Source: Hemiscyllium ocellatum (lineage: Eukaryota). Taken from it: DNA of 64,000 bases. Positions 1 through 9,745 of the stretch are shown in pieces (position 1 is the stretch's first letter; each line of letters starts with the position of its first letter). The notes under the pieces were generated by a model. That model worked only from the letters and a program-made list of their open reading frames with translations. It ran no database searches and had not been told where the DNA came from. Made by a program: the position numbers and the translations under genes. The stretch lies in the NCBI RefSeq assembly GCF_020745735.1, contig NC_083447.1, positions 21,470,755-21,534,754 of the forward strand, written 5' to 3'.

Positions 1-3000
1 AGAACATTAGAAGCATTTTTAATTGAGGTCTTCAAAATTATGAAGGATTTACATGGAATAAAAGTTGAAAAATTGTTTCCATTGGTGGGTGAGTAAGTAA
101 TTACAGGCCATGCTATATATTTTTCTGAAAACTACTGGGTTCGTTATGACTGGAAATGTATCATCTATAGTAGCAACAGAAGCAAGTTTGACAATAACTT
201 TCAGTTGGAATCATGGATAAAGGAAAACACTGCTGATTATAATGAGAAATCATAAGTGATAGTAACTGGGTAACTCTTGCAGTTAACTTATAAGGTAAGA
301 TGGATCAAATGAGTTCCTTCTGCGCTAAATATTAAGTGAGAATGAGAAGTTTTCAGGATGCCATAGCAAACTTAATACATTCACTAATTTGCTTTAGGAG
401 TGGAAATGTGGCATTATTGCTCAGGTCTCACCTTAATGTGAATCCAAGCCAATACTGGTGACTCCTAACAATTTTCTAAAGAGGCAAGATAGATTCAGAT
501 GGGTAAAATCTTATAATCTGTTTGCTTAGTAACAGTGTCTTTATGAAATATAAATCTTGCAATTCATTTTTTCCAGTTTTAGCTTCAGTTTATGAGGTCT
601 GGGGATAATTACAAAGCGAAGAATGAATACCTGGAGTCATGTAAACTTTGAACACTGAGATTGCGTACCTTCCTAGAAATGACAGCTTCGTCCTGGGACA
701 CCACATGAATAAACTGAACTCACAGATGAGAGAAAACCTGCAGCCTGGCAATAAAACTACTGGCCACTCAGTTATAAGAACATAAGAACTAGGTGGCAGA
801 GTGGTCAATTCAGCCCCTGAAGCCTGCTCTGCCATTTGATGCAATAATGAGTGATCTCATCCTAAACTCTACTCTTCCACCTGTTCTTCATAACCCTTTC
901 AATCTTTTGCTAATTATAAGGACTCAGCAGAAGTAATGTGTCCAATTCTCGGCATCACATATAGAACATATGTCAAAAAATTGGAAGAAGAAGATGAGAT
1001 TTTGCTAAAATTGTGATTTGGTTTCAATTATGTGGAGAGACTGGAGAAGCTAAGTTTGTTCTCCCAATGTATGTTACCAACAGTTAGCTGGTGCATTCAC
1101 AGTCACGAAGGGTTTCATTGGAACAGATTGGCAGAAATAATTTCCACCATTCAGTTCCCTGCGCCTCAAACTTCCCTGTGCCTCAAATGCATGTAAAAAA
1201 ACAATCTTGTTCAAGCAAGAGATGACTTTCATTTATTTGGATAGATTGAAACACCAATGCTTGTTTGTTTCTTTGCTATGCTACTATGCAGAACTGAACT
1301 GCATTTATGACTATGTATTTTAGACAGAGAGAGACAGCACGAGAGAGTTTTTATGAATAAAGTATATTTGTGAATTAAAAATCCTTATGAATATGTAATG
1401 CATCTTACAATGTCAGTTGGGGTTTGCAATATTCTAACTGAAGTGAGATCACAGGGAAGTAACTAGAAATTGACAAATGTTACAATATAGTAGCAAATAT
1501 TTTAAACCACTGATGTATTTTACGTTTACCTACCTGCAATTGTCAGTTTAGTGCCTTCACCAAAATATAATGGACTGTTGTTGTTGTAGCACAATGTTAA
1601 ATACCCATTTAAAAACTTCTAATCCAAACAGGCAATTCGGCTGGGATGTGTTTCAGTTCCTGAAGCAGAACCATCATTTGCAACACCCCTTGATACCCTC
1701 GTGCTTTAGAAATCTATTAGTTTTAATCGTGAAGGTTCAATGTTCTTTTTGTAGGGGAAAGGATCCTGAATTCTATTTTGATTACTATGAAATAATGCTC
1801 CTGGATTTCACTTCTAAATGCTATAATTCCAATTTTAAAATACTGCCTTCTCAGTCCAGATGTCTCCACTAAAGAGTAAATCGCACATAGTCAACATTCC
1901 CTTTATAAAATCCTAATTTGGAATAATACATTACATGCATATTTTCTAAAGTACACAGAGCTTTATATTTTCTAATTTGAATGCAGAAGAGTAACTGGCT
2001 ACTGCAATATAAACACTACAATATTTCAATTCACAATATCACAAAACTTTACAATGCGCTACCAAATTGTTTAAACTGGCATGGTATCAGTATTTTTAAA
2101 ATGATATTTTTTAAGAGAATCTTAATCAACATCTCTGGGCCAAAAATGTAACCATTGCTCGTGCTGTATTTAATTACTAATGACAGTAAATTGTTACAGG
2201 AAATATCAATAAAATGATTTTTTAAACTGATTACATTTTCCATCATGTTTTCCACTTCATGTCTCTTTCTACTCAGTTCATGATTTCTTAACCTTTTGTT
2301 GTGCTCCCTTATGTAGCTAATTTAACAATTTGCCCTGCTACTCAGTCATCACAATGCTTATTGGTATTCAAGGGAAAGCAGTTGATTGATTAGGATTATA
2401 GAGCATAGAACAGTACAACAAAGGAATGGGCCCTTCACCCCACCATATCTGTGCTGACCATGATACCATTCTAAATTAATTCCATCTGCCTCCAAGCAGT
2501 TTGTATCCTTCTATTCCCTGCCTGTTCATATGTCTGTCTAAATGCCTCTTAAATTTTGCTTGTTTCTGCTTCTGCCACTTCCTCTTGCTGACTTTCCCAG
2601 GCACCTATCTCCCTGTGTAAAATACTTACCTTGCTTACCTTCCTTAAATTATATATATATTTCAAATGTTACATGACGCTAAGTAGGATTTTGATAACTA
2701 GATTTTACAAAATTAGTGGGGAGCTGATAACGAAGTGGACTGATATATTGGATAGAGATGAAATAGTTCTGCAGGTTGGGCACGTTAATACTCAAAGGTT
2801 ATAATCGAATCTTTGGGGTCAGAACCCTCAGGAGTGCATTTAAGAAACATTTCCATAGGCAAACTATGGTGCAGAAATAAAATTCAATTGCAAGTTACAG
2901 TTGTTGAAATATCTTTTGCAAGCTTTAATTCTGAGGCTAATTGTTTTTGTCAACACATATTCAGGTTTTGGGCAAGGATATTTGGACTTAGGTCACAAAT

Positions 3001-5469
3001 TAGCTATGATCATATTGAATGCTGGAACAGACTGAATGGAGTAAATGGCCTATTGCAGATCATATGTATCTATGATTCTATTTCAGACAAATCCCATTCA
3101 AGCCTATTCAGTGAATTTTCACAATTTTTTCATTCATAGTTCACAAATTTATACTTTCAATTTGTAATTTACCTCCTAAACTCTACTGTAGACATTTCTC
3201 CAATATTTCTAAATATATAACCATTTATTACTGGTTTTCTTGCTGGAGGCAATCTTGTTCATTCAAAGTTAGACCAATTTTCCTTTTGAATATTGCTTCT
3301 ATGTCCCTGTTATGCAATAGTTTCCAGATCACAATAACATGCTGCCTGAAAAAATATGCTTCACAATTTCACTAAATTACTTTAGGTTACATATACCTCT
3401 GCTGACAAAAACTGTTCCTGGTTATTTTATGCATCCAGAGTCTTCACTTTTTTTGAAACTTTAGTCGAAACTTCATCTAAATGCTAAGGAGCATAATACC
3501 AATTTCTCTGGTATGAACACTCAAATATACTTTCTCATCCTTGGAACCATTTAAATGAATCTTTTGTGCAGCCCCTTGACATTCTTCAGAGCCATATCTG
3601 CAAGCAGATATGTTATTTCAGTTGGAACCTATTTCATGATTTGTGAAAGTTAGGTACAACTTCACTTCTTAACTTTTGTCAACCCTTTTCTAATTAATGT
3701 GCTTTTCACTTACAACAATGTTTCATTCCAAACCTTTTTTTGTGATTAATTTATCCTTCTGTCTCACAACTATCAATACATGAAAGTAATGGAGGAGCAT
3801 TTGAAACAAGGGTGTCTCAATCAGTCTGTGATATTCAGGATAGTTAGTTCATGTCAGTTAAAATACTGAAAATTGAATTTGGTTCAGCAAATTTTGAATA
3901 TGGCATTTGGAAGCATACACTTTTGGAATCTGTGCAAGAATATGGTTTTGATTGTGTTCACATATTATTCACTCGGATGTGCATTTAGTTTAAAACTGCT
4001 TTTGATTTTAACAGGAAAATATTATCTTATATTGCTTTGCTCTGAAGAGCCAGCTTGACTCTATATCACTTAACCAACACAAGAGTTTAGAACCAGCAGC
4101 AAATGTATAGTCATAAATTCCTGACATGGCATGCCACGCTTGTTTGAAAACTCCTGGCTCTGTAGTCTTTACAGGTTTGTCCATTAAGTTATTTACTGTG
4201 TTATTCTAACCTAAAACTCTTTATCTTTCTCTGCTGCACTTTTAATCTGGTCTTGGAATCTTTTCTACTGCTTTATGTCTTTAATTTCCCATCCTCATGC
4301 AGCTTTGATTACGTAAAATCTGAAATTATAAACTAATTTAATGGCAACTATGTAACCATTGTCTATTAGAGTCAGTAGCCATCTGACTCATTGGTATCTT
4401 TCAGATAACCTTACCTGGTTTGGCCTAGATGTACTTACAGACCAAGAGAAATTTACTGGACAATAACCTTCCTCTGAAATGGCTAGAGTCTGCCTTTCAG
4501 TTCAAAACCATTTAGGGATGGTCAATAAATTGAGGTCTAGGCAGTGGCATAGAGGTTCAGTTAAAATAAATCGTACTGCATCTGGAAGTTGAGGATATGG
4601 GAACGGATTTTATTAAAGCTTAGGATGTTTTATATGGGACTTGACAGGACGATGCTGAGGTAATGTTTCTTCATATGGGTAATCTCCAACTCTTGAGACA
4701 CAATTCTGAATTAGTGGCTGCCCATTTGAAATTGAGATGAAGATGAAATTTCTTCTCTCATAAGTCGGCGTATCTTTGGAATTCTCTTCCTGGTGATCTC
4801 GGGAGGCTGAATCATTATATTCAATGTTGACCGGGGGAGTTTTGAACTAGGAGTTGTAGAGAATATGGAGTAGAATCGATTTCAATAAATGGCAAGTTAA
4901 TTTAATCTCAGCTGTGGGGCAAACTGGAGGAATCGAGTTCTTAATCCGGTCGTATACCTTCTTTCAAAATAGCTTGTTGACAATTCATGTCTCATTCATG
5001 CCCACGCACATTTCCTCTAATGTGAAATTAGTTAGCGATTTTCTTTTAATTTCAAGAAAATGTATGCCCTTGTAAATTCCATTGTTTCTGACCTTCCTTT
5101 GAATTTATTACAATAAATAGGTTGAGAGTTTCAATACTTAAAGATTGACCCTGGAAAATCAGCTCCCCGAGAACGGCAGGCCCTTTTTTTAAAACAGGAG
5201 CCAGCACGACTCAGGCCAGGAGTTAGGTTGAGAAGGAGCGGTCTGGGAAGGGGGTCTTGTGGCACAATGATAGTGTCCCTATCCCTGATGCTAGGTGACC
5301 TAGGTTCAAATTCCATCTACTCCACAGGTGTGTAATAGCATCTTTGAACGGGTTTGTTAAAAGCAAAGTTCTTTATGGCAGCCTCAACCAATGCGGGAAT
5401 GCAACCATTCTTCTAGCCAACTGAGCTAACCGATTGATGAGGGATGACTTTGAACAATAACTGACTTAC

Positions 5470-5525
5470 CGAGAACAGTCAACTTCGTGCCATCTCCAAA
5501 ATGCAAGGGTTGATTTCCACCTGTA
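5470..5525 (-). CDS. TRBJ: TCR beta J segment (6th from D): TGGNQPLHFGDGTKLTVL
   Basis: FGxG motif and phase-1 GTAAGT donor at 5469-5464. RSS read on + strand: CACGCCA (5526-5532), 12-bp spacer, ACAAAAACA (5545-5553). Confidence 0.93.
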
Positions 5526-5852
5526 CACGCCAATGTATCATATCACAAAAACACTGCATAACAGTCTGCGGGCAGAATTCCACCATATCCCCAATCTTTG
5601 ACGTGGTTTGTGGATAACAAAAGGTACCAGCAGTCTGATCTAAGCCCGTCAATTCACCAGGATGTTTCCAAGTGATGTGAATTACTTTCTTAATGTACCT
5701 GTCCCCTTACTTGTGGACCTGCATGTCCTTTGTCTAAGATTACGGTCCTGACAGTACTGAAAGATTTCCCCTGGCTACTGCGTAAGAGGTCATTCAACTC
5801 TGTTTAAAACATGCCATTCTTACTTCGTCGCAAAAATAGAAATTGAACTCAC

Positions 5853-5909
5853 CCAAAACCGTTAAAATCGTCCCGTCCCCAAAATGCAGAGGGTTGCTAG
5901 AACTGCCCG
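5853..5909 (-). CDS. TRBJ: TCR beta J segment (5th): GSSSNPLHFGDGTILTVL
   Basis: FGxG motif and GTGAGT donor at 5852-5847. RSS: CACTTTG (5910-5916), 12-bp spacer, ACAAAAATA (5929-5937). Confidence 0.94.
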
Positions 5910-6109
5910 CACTTTGCTAAACAACAGTACAAAAATACCGTGGTGTCTAACAGAGGTACAAAGACAGATGATGGTAGATACACAGACAGGCAAGCAGACA
6001 ATCTGAATTACAGAAAGACAGACAGATTGATACGCACGTAGGTAAGTTCATAGATATATTGATGTAACCTATTTCTTTCAGTGATATGCATCTGCCAACG
6101 TGAACTTAC

Positions 6110-6159
6110 CCAAAACAGTCACTTTAGTCCCAGCCCCGAAATAGTAGATATCAGCAGAG
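6110..6159 (-). CDS. TRBJ: TCR beta J segment (4th): SADIYYFGAGTKVTVL
   Basis: FGxG motif and GTAAGT donor at 6109-6104. RSS: CACAGGG (6160-6166), 12-bp spacer, degenerate nonamer TTTAAAACA (6179-6187). Confidence 0.92.
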
Positions 6160-7786
6160 CACAGGGGTTGATGCCTGTTTTAAAACATCTCAGGTGCCTA
6201 CTATTAGTTTTCCTGAGGATCTTGCACATGAAACAATAAGGGGAAGAACTTACGACCAAACGAGAATGGAAGCATGAGGACAATGGTATTATAGGAAGAG
6301 AGCGCGGGTACATTCTCTCAATCGAGTTTGCTCTAAGAAGTAATTAGGCTTATCTCTATTTTGTCCCTGTCTAACCTTAAAGCCGACATATTCAATCGGT
6401 TACAGATTTGAATATTTCACACTCATGCCCAAATCCCTCCTGTTTTAACAATTTTCTCGGAGTTGCGCATCTGGAGTTCCAAGGACACTCTGCGTTCATG
6501 AAAAAAAACACATCATTCTTGAAGAATCCCATTCCAATTCTAAGGTTTAGCACATCATTCATTATTCGTCCTTAGTAAATAAAGTAAATAGTTCATGGTT
6601 ATCTATGTAAGCGAATCTTGCAAGAATTTTAAAGACATTAGTTGGATCATCCCTTGATGTCCGCTAGTTAATATGTTGCAAACCAAGATTCTGAATCTTT
6701 CTGCAGAATGTAACTCTTTTAACTCCGGTAGTTTTATGTCACAGTAGAAAAGTTCAGTTAGACAATGGACGCTGCAAGGTATACAAATACAGCAACTTAC
6801 AACAATATGGAATTCAATTGGCAACTTTAAAATAGATCGTCTATAAATGGTAATAATCTTTGATCACTGTTTTTAGCATTTCCTCGTTCCTTCATATGTT
6901 TTTTTTTTCTTTGACTCAATCTAAGCTATTCACGCCAACTCATTCCGCAAGGTAACAAGTCATCAGCACGCCCTGGGGAAGGAAATTCCACTGGAATTTT
7001 CAGTTGGAATTTTAATGGCCATCCTGCCCCTCTTTTCCCACAACTCGAACTTCTCTTCTGGACAACACCACACACCCACCCCTCCCCCTCCACATCACCA
7101 CACATCACTTAATGAAAACTTCTGGGCTATTACAACTCCTTTCGAAGATCTGAACACTTATCAGGTCACTCTTCAACCTTATCGTTACTATAACAGAAAT
7201 AAAAAGCCAGAGAGTTTCAATTCTCCTGATAATTACAGCCTTTCAATTCTGATAGCGTCCTTTAAAAAAACTATCTATCTTTGTAGAACGGACACTAATT
7301 TTTCACAATATATATGTTAGAACTGCATGAATAGATTTCAATTTAACATATTTTTCGTCTGTGAATGTGTCCTCTTGTTTAGTTTCCATCTGCCAAATAG
7401 AATGTCTTTTTTTATTAATCATGGGACGAGGGCATTTATTGTCAATTTCCCAGATGGCGTTTAAGAGTCAACCATTTTCCCTGGGTCTGGAATCACATTT
7501 AGGCCAGACCAGGTAAGGGTGGCAGATTTCTTTCCCGAAAGGACATTAGTGAACCAGCTGGGTTTTTCCGGTATTAGGTTTGCATGGACACTGTTAATTG
7601 TCTTGCTTATTTGGAAGATCCTCTCCTATCTTCCCTCTCAGGCTTCTTTAGAGAAATAATGCCACAATGTCTTCACAAACGGAACAAAAAAATTAATTGC
7701 CGACTTCCTAAAATTTCACTCCCTCAATTAACATGAATTCAAGAAGTGAACCAACTTTCTCCAGTATTAGAAATACATTTACTTAC

Positions 7787-7836
7787 CTAAAACGGTCAGT
7801 TTTGTCCCTCCTCCGAAGTAAGCTTCATAATTAGAA
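7787..7836 (-). CDS. TRBJ: TCR beta J segment (3rd): SNYEAYFGGGTKLTVL
   Basis: FGxG motif and GTAAGT donor at 7786-7781. RSS: CACAGTG (7837-7843), 13-bp spacer, GCAAAATCC (7857-7865). Confidence 0.95.
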
Positions 7837-8375
7837 CACAGTGGTAGGAGCCGAAAGCAAAATCCCCCTCAAGTCTGGCTCGTTATGTCTACCTTTTGGA
7901 ACATTTATGGCCCTTACAATCAACAAGGAACGTTGGCCATGTAGTGGTCGCACATCCATTTAGGCTATTTCATCTTCATTTATATTATTGTCGATTTGTA
8001 TCTTAAGACTTGGTTCAGTAATCCTCAATAATACCATATTAAAATCCCATAGGCCCAACAGCATTTTGGGCACAGATTTTGATTTCCACTACTTTTTGTA
8101 TGAAAAAAAAGTTCTGACATTTCACATCAAATCTGGCTCTAAATTGAGTTGTCCTGGACCCATCTGGACCAGACTAAATAGTTTATCTCTATCCATTCTA
8201 CAAAAACTTGCAATCACCTGAAACGGATCGTTTATATAAACCACGAATGTTTTTTTGTTTGTGGGAATACAAGCTGAGTCTAAGCAACTAGTCGTCAACG
8301 TATATTTAAAAGTCTTAACACATACGCAATTGTATAAACGTTTGTTTTGGTCAATAGGAGGAACAGAAAACTTAC

Positions 8376-8423
8376 CCAAAACGGTTAACTTTGTCCCGTC
8401 GCCAAAATAAGCGATGCTTCCTG
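8376..8423 (-). CDS. TRBJ: TCR beta J segment (2nd): GSIAYFGDGTKLTVL
   Basis: FGxG motif and GTAAG donor at 8375-8371. RSS: CACGATG (8424-8430), 12-bp spacer, weak nonamer TCACGAACA (8443-8451). Confidence 0.92.
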
Positions 8424-8584
8424 CACGATGATCAATTATAAATCACGAACACTCCCCGCAACTATCTCCAACTGAGAGGATTTGTGTCGTTCAACATTCA
8501 AGAGCTACATCGTGTAGCGGACAGAAATTTTAAAACTAATCATCACCACTTAAGACAGATGCACCAGAAATAATAGGGACTCAC

Positions 8585-8632
8585 CCAAAACTGTTAGCTT
8601 CGTCCCTTGCCCGAAATAATTCGCTTCTGTCA
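8585..8632 (-). CDS. TRBJ: TCR beta J segment (1st, D-proximal): TEANYFGQGTKLTVL
   Basis: FGxG motif and GTGAGT donor at 8584-8579. RSS: CACAGTG (8633-8639), 12-bp spacer, weak A-rich nonamer GTTAAAAAA (8652-8660). Confidence 0.94.
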
Positions 8633-9040
8633 CACAGTGACACTACAGCATGTTAAAAAAGCCTTAAAAATGCCAATTTTTTCCGTTGTAATCCGTATCC
8701 AATCCGTGTAATGCCGCAAATAACTACATGAATTTCAACGGAGACTGCACGACTCCATATTGACTTTATGGATCTTTTCCGGTTGGGTCTAAACATGGCT
8801 TTCAACTTGTCCGGAATGATTGAATTCTGGGAATGATCTAGGGATCCGATCTTTTAAAAAAAAAATCATCTGTTCATCATTATGGTTACAATTAACCATT
8901 AACCAAGGGGATGTTAAACTGTATTCAGAGTACTGCCGATTCACCCCTGTTGTATTGAAGCAGTTGGAATAGCCATTTCCCTAACATGCCTTATTGAGCT
9001 GGAAGACGAAAAAGCAATCCTTTCTTTGTAAGTAAAATTA

Positions 9041-9268
9041 TCGAGTAAAAAATGAGGTCTGCAGATGCTGGAGATCACAGCTGCAAATGTGTTGCTGGTC
9101 AAAGCACAGCAGGTTAGGCAGCATCTCAGGAATAGAGAATTCGACGTTTCGAGCATAAGCCCTTCATCAGGAATATTCCTGATGAAGGGCTTATGCTCGA
9201 AACGTCGAATTCTCTATTCCTGAGATGCTGCCTAACCTGCTGTGCTTTGACCAGCAACACATTTGCAG
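9041..9268. mobile_element. Non-autonomous Penelope-type insertion containing a perfect 188-bp palindrome (9081-9268)
   Basis: 94-bp arms are exact reverse complements centred on GGAATATTCC. Flanking 15-bp direct repeats TTGTAAGTAAAATTA at 9026-9040 and 9269-9283 are a probable TSD. Confidence 0.85.
9175..9210 (+). ncRNA. Minimal type I hammerhead ribozyme motif (mirror copy on minus strand at 9139-9174)
   Basis: ATTC-CTGATGA-A-GGGC/TTAT/GCTC-GAAA-C-GTC-GAAT: catalytic core, stem II, 4-bp stem I and GUC cleavage triplet. Confidence 0.7.
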
Positions 9269-9665
9269 TTGTAAGTAAAATTACCCAATTCCGTCACAGA
9301 AATGGATTAATCCATCAAAACTGACATCCAAAGCAGTTTAAATGCCACAGAATATTTCCGTAATATGAGCGTTATAGGAAATCGCCAGAATTGAATTTCG
9401 CCAAGAAACCCCTCAAACAGAATTGTGATAAATCACCACATTTCTTCTTTAAATGGCACTGGGGAGGTGTTGAGGGCGGAGAGTGGCGGGTATTTCTGTA
9501 CTTGCCACTAAATGAACCATTTGACCTAAAATGGTTCAAATCTGACAATCTGCGTGCCTTCTGAGGTGAAAAGGGTCCAGTTCCGTTCATTATCGCCACG
9601 GGATGTCGACGCTTTCTCGCCCCTATCACGACTGTTTTGCTGGTCCCGAGAAACTTGTAAAGGGA

Positions 9666-9704
9666 GGTTTTTGTACAGAGACTGGATTACAATATATCAC
9701 CGTG
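9666..9704 (-). other. D 3' recombination signal (23-RSS)
   Basis: Minus strand reads CACGGTG ATATATTGTAATCCAGTCTCTGT ACAAAAACC: exact 23-bp spacer and consensus nonamer. Confidence 0.96.
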
Positions 9705-9717
9705 TCCCCCCTGTCCC
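9705..9717 (-). other. TRBD: TCR beta D segment GGGACAGGGGGGA (13 nt)
   Basis: Near-identical to the conserved vertebrate TRBD1 core GGGACAGGGGGC, open in all three frames, and bracketed by a 5' 12-RSS and a 3' 23-RSS. Confidence 0.97.
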
Positions 9718-9745
9718 CACGGTAATATAATCTCATACAAAAAGG
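9718..9745 (+). other. D 5' recombination signal (12-RSS)
   Basis: Plus strand reads CACGGTA ATATAATCTCAT ACAAAAAGG: exact 12-bp spacer. Confidence 0.95.

Noticed and set aside
1-5469. TRBC constant exons downstream of the last J
   Set aside because: No minus-strand ORF with Ig C1 cysteine/tryptophan spacing or a TM exon was seen; C probably lies beyond position 1.
6254-6313. ATG-initiated exon-like stretch with GTAAGT donor between J3 and J4
   Set aside because: Not hydrophobic enough for a leader, phase 0, and no J motif or RSS.
7918-7950. Possible relic J segment (PLHGQRSLLI followed by GTAAG)
   Set aside because: No F or second G of FGxG, wrong splice phase and no nonamer; could be chance.
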